Source: the human T2T-CHM13v2.0 reference genome, Homo sapiens
Strand: one strand, 5' to 3'
Length of the DNA: 64,000 nt
NCBI RefSeq assembly: GCF_009914755.1
Contig: NC_060947.1
Shown here: positions 1 to 17,322 of the stretch, piece by piece
Layout of the letters: the number at the start of each line of letters is the position of its first letter
Numbering within the stretch: the first letter of the stretch is position 1
Made by a program: the position numbers and the translations under genes
Notes under the pieces: generated by a model
Database searches by the model: none
What the model was told of the DNA's origin: nothing
Seen by the model: the letters and a program-made list of their open reading frames with translations, nothing else

Positions 1-3000
1 TCACCAGAATATTCTGCTGGGGGGCTGGGTGTCACCCTGCCCATGCCTAACACAAGCACTGCTTGCATGCACTACGGAGGGGCCTGAGGATCGTACCACC
101 CAGCCTGGCTCTACCCTCTCAGTGCCTAAGCATGCTATCTGGAAGTCTGGGGACTGCCCTGGCCCATCCACTACCAATGATACCTGAGAAATCCTCCCAG
201 AATCCAGAGGATATGCCCATCCAACTTGCTATTACCACCACAGTTGGCATGCACCACCTGTGGTCCTGGTGACTGGCTTGCCCAGCCTGTTGCAGCCACT
301 GCCAACACCAGTGCCTACTACTTGGGAGCCAGAGAGTTGTACTGCCAATGCTACTGCCATCGCACATGCCACACCTGCTGCTCAGGTACCTGAGGACCTG
401 CCCATCTGCCTGGATCACCACTGCCACTGCCAGCACCTAAACAAGTGACCTGGAGGCCCAAGAATCAGTTTGCCTGGACCTGCTAACACCAGGGCTAATA
501 TATGCCATACTGAGCCAAAGGACAGGCATACTCAGCCAGTTGCTGCCAACAGTGGGACCTGTGGACTGGCCCACCTGGCACACCATCTCCAGCAAAACTT
601 CATCACAGCCTCCAGTAACAGCTGCACCCTAAGCCACTGAATAAATCACAGACAACACTGATGCTGTTTATAATTGAAGAAATAATGGAGACTACACTAC
701 TGCATACATCCAGAATCACAACCAAAATACCCTATCCAACCAACACCGTAGATACATCTTCAGGAAAAATTTCTCATGTATGAAAGTAAATTTAAAAAAT
801 TGGAAGAAGTGACTGGTAAACCAAATGCACAGTTATCAATGTAAGGACAAAAGACACATAAAAAAGCAAGGAAATATAACACCTCCAGAGGAACAAAATC
901 ATTCTCCAGCAACAGATTTCAATGAAAAAATTTATGAAATCCCAGGAAAATAATGCAAAATAATGAAATTAAAGTATCTCAATTAGATGCAAGAGAACGC
1001 AGATAAAAATTACAAAGAAATCAGACAAACAGTTCAGGATACAAATAAGAAATTTACCAGAGAGATAGCTACAAAACAAATTTTAGAAGTTAAGAATTCA
1101 TTGAATAAAATACAAAATACATTCAAAATCTTCAACAGTAGACTAAATTAGGCAGAAGAAAGAATTTTAGAACTTAAAGACAAGTCTTTTGAAATGACCC
1201 AGTCGGATAAAAATAAAGAATTCAAAAGAATGAACAAAGCCTACAAGACATATGGGGCACTATAAAGTGACCGAATATCCAAAATTTCAGTGTCCCAGAA
1301 GGCAGAGAGAAAACAAAAGGCATAGAAAACCTATTTAACAAAATAATATCTGAAAACTTCCTAAGTTTAGGGAGAGATTTAGACCTCCAGATACAGGAAG
1401 CTCAGACATCCCCAGATAGATATAATGCAAAGTCTTCTCCACAGCACATTATAGTCAAACTGTCAAAAGTCAAAGAGAGAATTCTTAAAACAGCAAGAGA
1501 AAAGCATCTAGTTACTTATAAGGGAATCCCCATCAGACTAACAGCAGACCTTTAAAAATATAATTTCAACTTTTATATTAGATTCCAGGGGTACATGTAC
1601 AGGTTTGTTACATGGGTACATTGTGTGATGCTGAGGTTTAGGATACGAATGATCCTGTCACCCAGGCAGTGAATATAGTACCCAACAGTTAGTTTTTCAA
1701 CCCTTTCTCTTTCCCTCTCCCCTGCCTCTAGTAGCCCCCAGTGTCTATTGTTGCCATTTTTATGTTAGTGAGTACCCAGTTTTTAGCTCCCATTTATAAA
1801 CGAGAACTTGTGGTATTTTGTTTTCTGTTTCTGCATTAATTCACTTAGGATAATGTCCTCCAGCTGCATCCATGTTGCTGCAAAGGACATCATTTCATTC
1901 TTTTTTTATGGCTGTGTAGTATTCCATGGTGCATATGTACCACATTTTCTTTATCCTATCCACCATTGATGGGCACCTAGGTTGATTCCATGTCTTTGCT
2001 ATTGTGAATAGAACAGCAGACCTTTTAAACAGCAGGAACATATCACAGCCTAGGAGAGAGTAGGACAATATATTCAAAGTATTGAAAGATAAAAACCTGC
2101 CAGCCAAAGATATTATACCTAGCGAAGTTATTTTTCATAAATGAAGGAGAAATAAAGTCTTTCCCAGATAAGCAAAAGCTGAAGGAATTCATCACCACTA
2201 AACTGGTCCTAAAAGAAGTGCTTAAGGGAGTCCTACAGCTGGAAGCAAAAGAACTATATCTACCATCATGAAAACTCATGAAAGTATAAAACTCAATGTA
2301 GAGCAAACACACAAATAAGAAAGAGTAAGGACTCAAGTGTTACAATTACAGAAAACCACCTAACCACAATGATATGAGAAACAGGAGAAAACAACTGATA
2401 TCCAATACAATAAAAAATTAGTAAGATGACAGGAATAAACTCTCACATATCAAATAATAACTTTGAATGTAAATGAATTAAACTTTCCACTTAAAATATA
2501 AGGATTGGCTGGATGGATTAAAAAACATGACCCAACTATATCCTGACTACAAGAAATTTATCTCACTTGTAAAGACACATATAGACTGAAAGTAAAGGGA
2601 TGGAAAAAGATATTTCATACAAATAAAAACTAAAAGTGATGAGGAGTAGGTATACTTATATAAGATAAAACAGACTTTATTCAAAAATAGTAAAAAGGGA
2701 GAAAGAAGGTCATTACATAATGAAAAAGGGATCAATTTAGTAAGAAGATATAACAGTTCTGAAAATATATGTGCCCAACACTGGAGTAACCACATATATA
2801 TAGCAAATATTATTAGATCTAAAGGGAGAGATAAGACTTCAACACAATAATTGTTGTGGACTTAAACACCAGGCTCTCAATATTAGACAGATCATCTAGA
2901 CAGAAAATTAACAAAGAAAATTGGATTTAAACTAGACTTCAGACCAAATGAATCTAAAAGACACTTACAAAACATTTCACCCAATAGCCGCAGAATACAC

Positions 3001-3079
3001 ATTGTTCTGATCAACATATGGAACATTATCCAGGATAGCCCATATTTTACGACACAAAACAAATCTCAACAAATTTTAA
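1..3079 (+). mobile_element. Old LINE-1 (L1M/L1PB-type) 5' region, ORF1 and ORF2 endonuclease remnant, interrupted at 1554-2011
   Basis: Degenerate ORF1-like A-rich sequence; ORF2 start ATGACAGGAATAAACTCTCACATATCAATAATAACTTTGAATGTAAAT (MTGINSHISIITLNVN) at 2426. Confidence 0.85.
1554..2011 (-). mobile_element. 5'-truncated L1PA/L1PB 3' end nested in older L1
   Basis: Minus-strand ORF2 C-terminus ([14 protein letters not shown]...MEYYTAIKK); 14-bp TSD AACAGCAGACCTTT at 1540-1553 and 2012-2025. Confidence 0.9.
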
Positions 3080-6000
3080 CCCCAAAGATAGCCTCTGAAA
3101 AACTACTCAGCTCCTGAGAAACAAACTGACAAAACAGAATCTTGGACGCAGGACTAGCATTTACTGTGGACAAACAGGAGAAGGACCAAGAAGACCTAGA
3201 CACTCTTACTAAGGTTCGTGCTGGTATAACTGGTGTTGATTCAATGCCTTCAACACACCCTCTCTACCTAGATCGCACCCCCTTTAACAAAACAAAACTA
3301 GAACAGAGGCCAAGGTCCCTCCTTCTCTAAGACGGACCAGAGGCCTTATGTTCTGGTTAAGGTATATTGATGTTGAGGACTTGATGACAACTGAGGTTGC
3401 CAAATTTTTTCAGCTCTTTTGAAAATTGCGACACAAGCCATCATGGTGCCGGGTAGCACACATGGGCATGTTTGAAAAATTATTTTAACTGGATTTGGAA
3501 ATAGCTCTTAGATTGTACAATGGACTGATGTACTTTGTGAGTGGGTCCTTTGGGGCCAATGCACATTCAAGTGGTTGTAATGGATACTGCTGAATGTGTT
3601 GTGTTAAGTATGTGTAATACTTCTCTTGCTTATAAGGGATGTTTCCAATGGGGAAATCTTACAATTAGAGCAATGGTAAAAGGATGAGTACACAACTGGG
3701 AGCCCACCTGGCTCCCCTAGCCCAGCCATGTGGTGTCAGTGAAGCAGGGAAGGGGAAGACAGTAGAAAGAAAGATCTTGGTCTTGATTAAAGAGCTAGTA
3801 GAGATAGGAGTGCTTAAGGAAACTACCCCACAGGCTGTAAAGACTTCTTTACACTTGGGCCAGTGAGCCTTAAGGAGACCTTTGAGCTACAAGTCTCAGT
3901 GATTGACAATTACACAGACTGAAGCAAGTGACAAAAAGATGTAGCCACTAAGCAATAGTGCTCCCTGGGGTTTTGGATGCAGCACTTGCCTGACATGATC
4001 ACATGGTATACCCCACTTGAAAGAGTATTACTGGCTTGTTATTGTGTGCTGGTAGATTCTGAGAGACTGACAAAGCAACAGCAGGTGTTGTTACACCTGA
4101 CATCCCTACCATAGGATGGGTCAGAAATGAGAACACCAACAAAGTGGATGTTGTCCAATAAGCAATCATTATTAAATGGAAGTGGTATATTCAGGGAAAA
4201 ATAAGGTAGTCATTATAGAATCTCACAGTTAAACGAAAGGTGGCTGGAAATACTCCAGATAAGCCTGTCTCAGATGTGGGGTCTGTGCTAGCACCTTGGG
4301 CGTCTTGGGGGCTTCAGTACACTGAGGTTCTTGAGAATGCTGGGACCTGGTTCACATACAGATAGGATACATTCAAGGCCAGCAGGTTGTGCTGGGACAC
4401 TGCTGTGATGCAGCCCCAAAGAAAATTGTGCACTACAACTGCGCATGAGTAAGGGACCTCTGTTCAGTGGTGTATTTCCATGATGTTTGCCTTGGAAAAT
4501 ACACTGTTACATTTTCACTTACTCATGGGCAAGAACCAACAGGCTGGAAGAGTAGTGCCTGACAGTAAGATAACTGGATGACCAAGTCTCAGCCTCTGTG
4601 GAGACAAACATTATGGCAGCACATTGCACAAGACTCACAACCTCTGTGACCTACATGGACGCCCATGAAAAAGGACCCTTTGAGGATGAACATCAATGAC
4701 AATAGCAAGCTGGTGAAATCTTCACTACCCATAAAAGGACACATGGATACAGATCCATTTGGATACAGCATCACTCAGGATATCGTAATCCATCTACAGT
4801 TCAGTACTGGGCCCAAAAAACAAGGGCTCATAATTTCAGAATATGAGACTAGGAAGCCTAGTGAATGTGCCCAGACTGACAACTACATAGCTGAGTGGCA
4901 AAGGGAGCTTTGGGGCATATAGCAAGAGGTAGCATACCTGGCTAGTCCTGGAAAATAGATGTATTAGTCCATTTTCACACTGCTATAAAGAAATATCCAA
5001 GTCTGGGTAATTTATAAAGAGGTTTAACTGACTCACAGTTCCACATGGCTTGGGAGGCCTTAGAAAACTTACCATCATGGAGGAAGGGGAAGCAGGCACC
5101 TACTTCACAAGGTGGCAGGAGAGAGAGAGAAAAGCCCATGGGGAAACTGCCATTTATAAAACTATCAGATCTCATGAGAACTCCCTCACTATCACAAGAA
5201 CCCACGGGGGAAACTGCCCCCATGATCCAATCACTTCCCACCAGGTCCCTCCCTCAACACCTGGGGATTGCAATTCAAGATGAGATTTGGGTGGGGACAC
5301 AAAGCCTAACCATATCGATAGAGTATATACCTCCCTAGTCTCCTCTTGAGGGTACTGCTGGACATTGACTTCCATAACTTTCAGGGTATGACATTGCCAT
5401 CCCCATCTGCTTAGCAAATGTGGGCCATACCATTTAATGACTCTTAGATGGTCTATGTTACATATTTGGATACTCTAAACACATGATTAGACACAGATAC
5501 TGCTTTTATAGCAAAAAGTATCCAATAGTGAGGAGCTACACAGATATTTATTGGACCTTTTATGCCCCGTATCATCCTAGGCAGCAGGCGTCATTGAAAG
5601 ACAGAATAAACTCTTAAAGGAGAAGCAGAAAAAGATAACTGGACAACCAAGGGTCAGCTTCCAGTGGAGCACACACTTAAGTCAGGCAGTTTGGTCTGTG
5701 GCCCAAAAGGGTACCTCTCATTTAAATAGAATGCTTAATTATGAGGTTGGTGGGCATGGTGGGAGGGCGAAGAGGTCCTAACTGGCTTCAAGAGAATTAA
5801 CCCTCATTCTACTTTTTTTCCTTTCACACCTACCCCTGGGAAACAGGGCTAATGGAATTTGTAAGCATCAAATAAAAAGTTGGGGGTGTTTGGGTGATTC
5901 TACATGATGCTTCTTTTGCTGCCCAGCTATGCTTTCTGAATTTGGGAAATTATGGATATTGATGATAATTATAAATATGAGGTGACAGCTCCTAAGGTGG

Positions 6001-6760
6001 TCCTCTGGCATGGCCCACGTGTTAGGGAGTAGAGATGTTCCAAGAACGTACAAAGACTATAAAAAGAAACTACTGAGCCACATAAGGATGAGATCAAGAA
6101 CACAGTATGTGTAAGACATGGGTGAATTCAGAAAACAGTGAAGTGATTGCTACTGGAATTGGTTTTACTGGTCATGTGGCTACAGAAAGAGAAAAACAAC
6201 CCCGAATGGTGGAGAGAGAACATCTTTAACTCTGGAGGGTCAAGAGTGGGGAGAAAGTCAATCAGCTTCTCTCTCTTATCCCTCAGTCCTTGTCCACAAG
6301 GCTTCTGGCCAATTTACCCCAGATTGCTTCCATAACCCACAACTTCTGATCAAGAAAAAAAAAAACACCTAAGTGTAAGATTTCTCAGAAATTTCACAAC
6401 ATCCACTGACTCCAGAAAGGAATAGCCTCCACTTTAAACAAAAGAACAAGATTAACTTTCTGAACACCAATATGATTCTCTTTAGCTTTATGTTGGGCAC
6501 TTTTTTCATTTTTCACAGAATACTGTTTGTGCTAAACTCTCTAGAATGATCAGTAGTGGACAATCTTATTGCCCAGGACTTCCTGCTGGTTGATCAAGGT
6601 GGGGTGTGTGCAGTTGCCAACACTTCTTGCTGCAGCTGGATGACATATTTAACAGGCTTAGCTCTGTAGGGGGAGCCTGGTTGTGGTCTATCCTCCAAGC
6701 AGGCTTGAGCATCCTACTGGAGGTCCTAATCTTGTTCACCTCTGTACCTCAAGTATTTAA
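3080..6760 (+). mobile_element. Degenerate class III (ERV-L-type) endogenous retrovirus internal region with pol and env relics
   Basis: From 3962 SLGFWMQHLPDMITWYTPLERVLLACYCVLVDSERLT (ERV-L pol connection/RNase H-like motif); ~5544-5620 IYWTFYAPYHP/AAGVIERQNKLLK (integrase core); 6553-6642 VVDNLIAQDFLLVDQGGVCAVANTSCCSW (env TM). Confidence 0.8.
4960..5317 (-). mobile_element. MaLR solo LTR (THE1D/MSTA-like)
   Basis: Typical termini (+ strand TGTATTAGTCC ... GACACAAAGCCTAACCATATCG); 5-bp TSD ATAGA at 4955-4959 and 5318-5322. Confidence 0.9.
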
Positions 6761-7104
6761 CAATTTGAGAGTAATTAAATCAACAAATATAGTAACTTTA
6801 TAGAAAAAAGAACCCTCATTCTCTCTTCCAGTCACTTTCTCCCCACCCCAGGTTGACCAAGATATAGAAATGCTTTGCATTTTTGAGCTTGTAATCGATG
6901 CATTCCACAGCTTCAAATGAATCTAAATGTTTACGGCATATTAGCCTTGTGATGAAAAGCACGGTCCCAGAAGTCTGGTATGCTGGGTTTGAATACTGAG
7001 TCTTCTGCTTACTGAATATGTAACTTTGAGCTAATTACTTAACCTTATCTTTAAGATGTGGTAATAATAATAGCTCTGTCATAAGGATAAATGTAAAAGG
7101 GACA

Positions 7105-7416
7105 GGCCGGGTGCGGTGGTTCGCGCTTGTAATCGCATCACTTTGGGAGGCTGAGGCAGGCAGATCACCTGAGGTCAGGAGTTTGAGACCAGTCTGGCCA
7201 ACATAGTGAAACTCTGTCTATACTAAAAATACAAAAATTAGCTGGGCGTGGTGGTACACACCTGTAGTCCCAGCTACTTGGGAGGCTGAGGCAGGAGAAT
7301 TGCTTGAACCCGGAGGCGGAGGTTGCAGTGAGCCGAGATTATGCCACTGCACTCCAGCCTGGGCAACAGACTGAAATTCCATCTCTAAATAAAATAAAAT
7401 AAAATAAATAAATAAA
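7105..7416 (+). mobile_element. Alu (AluS-type)
   Basis: GGCCGGGTGCGGTGG start, dimer with TACTAAAAATACAAAAATTAG linker, (TAAAA/TAAA)n tail; imperfect TSD TAAA(A/T)GGGACA. Confidence 0.95.
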
Positions 7417-7600
7417 TAAATGGGACAGTCAACGTGAAAATCACTCTGTCTATTACAAAGTAATCTCACAACTTTTAGCTACTTCTTGTAATTTTTCCTA
7501 GGCACAAGTTTGAATTGATCATACTAACAGGAGCTAGTTTTTTGGGCTGTCCTGCATTGGTTAAGAGTGAGCAAAATCTTAGCCAAAATCTTAGCCTTTT

Positions 7601-7714
7601 TGGGTGACCAATTAACCCCAGTTTCCCAGGGACTTGTCTGATTTTAGTGCTGAAAGCCTTACATCCTGGGAACCCTCCTTACACATGGGCAAATCAGTAT
7701 GATTAGTAATCCTA
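7601..7714. mobile_element. MER81-like short hAT DNA transposon (MITE)
   Basis: TGGGTGACCAATT...TTTTAGTGCTGAAA...GATTAGTAATCCTA resembles MER81 with degenerate terminal inverted repeats (from memory). Confidence 0.55.
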
Positions 7715-7963
7715 CCCAGAATCTACATCTCCAGCCTGGATTTGTGGTCCTCTATTCTCTTTTTCATGTCTACAATTTTTTATATGGAGTAACTCCTGAA
7801 TTATGATAACCAACTTTAAAAACATAAAATATCTCAATATGCTCCACTCAAGAATGTAAAGATTTACTGCAATTTTTGAGCTCTGAATTAATAGAAGCAT
7901 GCTATCTTGCTAGGATAGGATTATTTAAACGTGTGAGGATGAATATTTTTCTGTCACTTCTCA

Positions 7964-8493
7964 TGAAAAATTGAATTCTGAATGACTTGCATGGATCCAC
8001 ACAGGCCAAACAGGCAAAGGCTTGAACCACAGCTTATCTGAGTCATGGTTGAACACACTGATTCTCCCAGAATGTGAGGTGGTGGGAGGAATTGTCACAA
8101 AGCCAATTCCTACTTGCCTCTCTATCCCTCCAGAGAGGCTGTCATGAGAGTTTTTCATTACTTTTAAGGTTCTGAAAAGGTATAAAGCTTTCTGCCTCAC
8201 CCCTATAAGAATAGAGCTGCAAAATATAAACCGCTTAGCTGTAGTCTGGAGTTGGCTCCTCAGCACTGGGTTATCCCACAGCTCATGTTGTAGTCATCTG
8301 GCTCCTTTTGTTTTGGTTTCATCCTTTCTTGTGTGCGGGACAAGGACTATGAGGAGCTGGCATCTTTGGCTGCCACACTCTTCCTTTCAGTGTCAATGTA
8401 TGTAAGAAACTTTGTAAATCTAAAAGTAGCTCATTCTATCTACCAACCAAATCTGACACGCTTTTGCATTAGCTTGTCTTGTGTGTCCTTGAC
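7964..8493 (+). mobile_element. Probable ERV-L-type LTR, possibly the 3' LTR of the 3080-6760 element
   Basis: ~530 bp TG...CA segment with TATA-like and U5-like end (GTGTCCTTGACA) downstream of the env relic; family not confirmed. Confidence 0.35.
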
Positions 8494-8949
8494 AAGAGAT
8501 TTTAAGAGTTCTTTTTAAGAGGTCTTTATTATCTTGGTAATTGTGTTCACACTACCGAAGAATTAGAAGCCCCTTGAGGATTGGCAGCTGTCTTATTATT
8601 ACATTATATCCTACCAGTATTTTTTGCAGCTACTGCTAGATTTTGTATGTCTTGGTCCTGGACTGCTAGAACTGTTTGTTGTACATCTTGGTGAGATGTG
8701 GCACACCTGCAGCCTTTCAGTTACCCAGAACTTTCAGTTTGAAATTTCCAGGAAAGTTTGGGAATAACGAATCTAACCTATTCACTTCAGCTGAGAAGTG
8801 AAAAAGTACGATCTGGGAGTTATGCATGGCAGTGGAGAACCCCACCTACAGGGATGTTTTGAAACTATATCAATGATTGAAAAATATTTTGTATAAAATA
8901 ACAACAAAATAATGATAAGAAGAATTTGTGTACCTTGTGAATGAGTAAT

Positions 8950-9480
8950 TCTACTCCTATTTCTGTGAAATGAAAATGTGTTCATATGTACCCCAGAGAC
9001 TACTATAGCAAAAAGATTATCATAGCAGCATTATTAATTTTGTAACAGCAGAAAGCAATACAAATGTCCATTAACCGTAGAATGCATGCATAAACTGTGG
9101 TATTTTTATGCAATTGAATACAGTAATGAAAATGAATGATCAACATTATATGCAACAACATGGGTAAACCTCACAAACGTAAGGTTCAATGAAAGAAGCC
9201 AGAGAGAAAAGATTACCTACTGCATTATTTTATTTATATAAACTTGAAAAAGAGGCAAGATTAATCTATACCATTAGACATCAGGATAGTGATAAACCAG
9301 GAATGGAGAGAAAATGACTGGAAGAGAGAATGAGGGTTCTCCTTGGAAGTGGTAATGTTCACTTTTTTTTAACCTGGGTAGAGGTTTCATGGATGTGTTC
9401 AGTTTGTGAAAATTCATTGAACTGTACAAACATGATTTTGTGAAGTTTTCTATATGTATACTTCAATAAAAGGCTTATTA
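8950..9480 (+). mobile_element. Ancient L1ME-type 3' end
   Basis: Degenerate CAAATGTCCATTAAC...AAACTGTGGTAT...TATACTTCAATAAAA. Confidence 0.6.
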
Positions 9481-9842
9481 CAAACATTAGCTCAAATTTA
9501 TTGACCATTTTCTAAGTACTTAAGCAATAATTTGGAATAAGAGATCATGGTATTGCACACCTATGATAAACAAGAGACTTTACAGACTCCTTTGCAAAAA
9601 TGATGTTGTTTCATTTGAAAATTTCCCCCAAGAACTTCAAATTCTACTGCCAATCCTGGTGTTCAAATTCCTAAGAGTATTAGTTCTGCTCTGGGGTAAG
9701 TAAGGGTTATAGTACCTGTGAGACTTAAAGTTCTTAAAAATAATATAATGTATACAAACACATTTTTGCAGCAATAATGCACATGTGAGGGCAAATTAAA
9801 CCCAGACTGTAATTTCTGCAATTTTTAAAAATAAACCTTTGA

Positions 9843-10343
9843 GGAAAATAAATTGTTCTACAAAAAAGACACATGTTCTAGTTTGTTCATCGCAGCACTA
9901 TTCACAATAGCAAAGACATGGAATCAACCTAGGTGCCATTAATGGTGGATTGGATAAAGAATATGTGGTACATATACACAATGGAATACTATGCCGCCAT
10001 AAAAGGAATGAAATCACGTCCTTTGCAGCAACATGGATGCAGCTGGAGGCCATCATCCTAAGCAAACTAATGCAGGAACAGAAAACCTAATACTGCAAGT
10101 TCTCACTTATAAGTGGGAGCTAAATATTGGGTACCTATGGACATAAAGATGGTAACAAGAGACACTGGGGACTATTAGAAGGGGAAGAAGGGTGGGGAGA
10201 AAGGGCCAGTAAAACCACCTATTGGGTATTATGCTCAATACCTGGGTGATGGTATCATTCATGCCTCATCACACAACATACCCATATAACAAACCTGCAC
10301 ATGAACTGCCTGCATCTAAATAAAAGTTGAAATTATAAAAAAA
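9843..10343 (+). mobile_element. Older L1PA/L1PB 3' end
   Basis: CACAATAGCAAAGACATGGAATCAACCTAGGTGCCA..., 3'UTR ending CTAAATAAAAGTTGAAATT plus A tail. Confidence 0.8.
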
Positions 10344-10344
10344 T

Positions 10345-11208
10345 ACAAACAAACAACCCAATCAAAAAGTGAGCGAAGGACATGAACAGACGCTTCTCAA
10401 AAGAAGACATTTATGCAGCCAAAAAACACATGAAAAAATGCTCACCATTACTGGCCGTCAGAGAATTGCAAATCAAAACCACAATGAGATACCATCTCAC
10501 ACCAGTTAGAATGGCAATCATTAAAAAGTCAGGAAACAACAGGTGCTGGAGAGGATGTGGAGAAATAGGAACACTTTTACACTGTTGGTGGGACTGGAAA
10601 CTAGTTCAACCATTGTGGAAGTCAGTGTGGCAATTCCTCAGGGATCTAGAACTAGAAATACCATTTGACCCAGCCATCCCATTACTGGGTATATACCCAA
10701 AGGACTATAAATCATGCTGCTATAAAGACACATGCACACGTATGTTTATTGTGGCACTATTCACAATAGCAAAGACTTGGAACCAACCCAAATGTCCAAC
10801 AATGATAGGCTGGATTAAGAAAATGTGGCACATATACACCATGGAATACTATGCAGCCATAAAAAATGATGAGTTCATGTCCTTTGTAGGGACATGGATG
10901 AAATTGGAAATCATCATTCTCAGTAAACTATCTCAAGAACAAAAAACCAAACACCACATGTTCTCACTCATAGGTGGGAATTGAACAATGAGAACACATG
11001 GACACAGGAAGGGGAACATCACACTCTGGGGCCTGTTGTGGGGTGGGGGGAGGGGGGAGGGATGGCATTAAGGATATACCTAATGCTAAATGACGAGTTA
11101 ATGGGTGCAGCACACCAACATGGCACATGTATACATATGCAACTAACCTGCACATTGTGCACATGTACCCTAAAACTTAAAGTAGAATAATAAAAAAAAA
11201 AAAAAAAA
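10345..11208 (+). mobile_element. L1PA3-like 5'-truncated element (copy 1)
   Basis: ORF 10382-10984 is the ORF2 C-terminus ending SLIGGN; primate 3'UTR and poly(A). Confidence 0.95.
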
Positions 11209-11214
11209 CTAGGA

Positions 11215-11490
11215 GTTAGGTACAAAGTATAGTTAGATAGAATGAGTAAGATCGAGTGTTTGATAGCACAACAGGGTGACTATAGTCAACAATAATTTAT
11301 AGTACATTAAAAATAACTAAAATAGTATAATTGGAATATTTGTAACACAAAGAAATGCTTGAGGTGATGGATACCCTATTTACCCTGGTGAAATTATTAC
11401 ACATTGTATGCCTGAATCAAAATGTCTCATGGACCGTACAAATATATACACAATCTACCAATAAAAATAAAAAATAAAAACATCTAAAAA
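11215..11490 (+). mobile_element. L1MA-type 3'UTR fragment
   Basis: GTTAGATAGAATGAGTAAGATC...ATAGCACAACAGGGTGACTATAGTCAACAATAAT typical of L1MA. Confidence 0.7.
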
Positions 11491-11494
11491 TAAT

Positions 11495-13540
<2,046 letters not shown>

Positions 13541-13955
13541 CCAGCCCAAATGCCTATCAATGATAGACCGGATAAAGAAAATGTGGTATATACACACCAT
13601 GGAATACTATGCAGCCATAAAAAGGAATGAGATCATGTCCATTGCAGGGACATGGATGAATCTGGAAGCCATCATCCTCAGCAAACTAAAACAGGAACAG
13701 AAAACCAAACACTGCATGTTCTCACTCATAAGTGGGAGCTGAATAATGAGAACACATGGACACAGGGAGGGGAACAACATACACTGCAGCCTGTCCTTGG
13801 GGGGCGAGGGGAGGGAGAGCATCAGGACAAGTAGCTAATGCATGCAGGGCTTAAAACCAAGGTGACAAGTTGATAGTTGCAGCAAACCACCATAGCACAC
13901 GTATACATATGTAACAAACCTACATGTTCTGCACATGTATCCCAGAACTTAAAGT
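13541..13955 (+). mobile_element. L1PA7/8-like 3' end
   Basis: ORF 13560-13742 (ORF2 C-terminus ending SLISGS) and 3'UTR ending GTATCCCAGAACTTAAAGT. Confidence 0.85.
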
Positions 13956-13981
13956 AAATTTTTTTTAGAAAAGGAAGTATG

Positions 13982-15358
<1,377 letters not shown>

Positions 15359-15364
15359 GTAAGT

Positions 15365-17320
15365 AATGGGTTTTTCAACTTGGCTTTCATGGAATTTATA
15401 TTGTCTTGGGGTCACTGAGATTCTCATATATGAAAATTTATCTTTTGCCTCATTTGGAAAGCTTTCAGTTTTTACTTCTTCAAATGTATTTTCTGCCCAA
15501 GTCCTGTCTCTTTGGAACTCCAATTATACATATGTTAGTTGCATTGATAATGTTCATCAGGTCTCTGAGTTTTGTTTATTTTTTCCCCAACATTTTTCTC
15601 CATGTTACTCAGATCTAATAATTTTTATCATTCTATCTTTAAGGTAACTATTTTTTTCCCTCTGTAACTGGCATTCTGTTATTGAGCCCATCCAATGTAT
15701 TTTAATTTTACTTATTGCATTCCTCAGTTCTAAAATTTTCATTTGTGTTTTTCTTACAGGTTCTATTTCTCTTCCGAAGTTTCTTTTCCCTTCATTCATT
15801 TCAAATATGGTTTTCTGTACCTTATGGAGTATAGTTACAATAGCTGCTTTCAAGTTATGTCTCATAATTCCAACATTTAAGTCTCTTTTGTTTTGTCACA
15901 TATTGATTTTCTTCTTCCTTGAGAATGGGGCACATTTTCTGGTTCTTTGACATGGACTAATTTTCTATCATATCCTGGACATTGCAGATGTTATTTTGTG
16001 TAGCCTCTGGGTTGTTATAATCTTCTGAAAAATGTTGATGCTTTTCTTTTAGCAGGCAATCAACCCAGTTAGATTCTGGCCATCAGTTCTGTCTTGCCTT
16101 TTCTGGGTTATAGTTAAAATCTCAGTATAGTTCTTAAAACTGGTATATATATATTTATATATATATATTTATATATATATAAATATATATATTTATATAT
16201 ATATATAAATATATATATTTATATATATATATTTATATATATAAATATATATATTTATATATATATTTATATATATATTTATATATATATTTATATATGT
16301 ATATTTATATATATATATATTTATATATATATATATTTGAGGCTGAGACTTTTGTAGGCGATTTAATTCTCTGCTCAGTTCCCTAAGCCTTTAAATACTT
16401 GTTTGGTTAATTCTTGAACATGCATTGTTTAATGGTTGGGGTGAGAATTGTGTGGTTTCATACACATATATGGGAATATTTTCTCTATCTCTTTTCCTTC
16501 TGAGACTTCTTGTTCATGCTGCATCCTACCCAGGTTCTTTTTTCTGCTTCCTCTGGCCAGAAAGATGGCAGAGAATCCCTCAGAGTTTTAGTCATGTGCT
16601 CTGCTCCAGTCTGTGAGTGGGACACACTCATGGCAAGGCTGAGAGGAGAAAAAAAACCCTGGACAACTTACCCTTATGCAGGTCACTTCTCTATGTTTTA
16701 ACTCTCTTCCACAATCTGCCTGGTTTTAGTTACCTTGCAGAGTGCTTAGGCAGGTTTTCTTTTCTTTAAAAAAATTTGACCAGAATTTTTAGGTATAATT
16801 AATCAGTGTGGTGGTGCCTGTAGGGGGTTTATACTGCCATAGCTGAGTGGGAACTTCTAAGAGCACTGTATTTTAAATTTCATTCTATTTCTCACTTCTT
16901 TATTTAACATTATGTTGATAACTATCCATGTTGTTATATACAGATTTAATCGATTATCTTTTCCCACTGCATGAGATCATTGTAAGAGATCAAACGCAAA
17001 TGCTCATACAACAATTTACATATTTATTCTGTGATTATACACTGCTAGGTTGCCCAAACTTTTTGCTACCACAAATAATGCCATGATAAACATCCTGTAC
17101 ATGTCACTTAGTAGGCCAGAAAGAGATCTTTTCTGGAGTGGCATTTCTCAGTTATAGTGTGAATGATTCTTAATTTCGCTAAATACTGCCAGATTGCTCT
17201 TCAAGATGACTTCACTGGTTTGCATTCTCAATTGAAGTACCTAAGGGTTCTTGTTTCCCCTCATCGGTTGACATAATCTGATTTGCTTATTTTTCCTATT
17301 TTATGGGTGCTGAATGAGGT
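15365..17320 (-). mobile_element. Ancient L1M/L1ME fragments (ORF1-like and 3' parts)
   Basis: Minus ORFs 15326-15523 and 15605-15865 resemble degenerate L1 ORF1 (ILELRNAISKIK). Confidence 0.6.
16144..16338. repeat. (TA)n-derived AT-only low-complexity repeat
   Basis: Direct reading. Confidence 0.95.
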
Positions 17321-17322
17321 CT

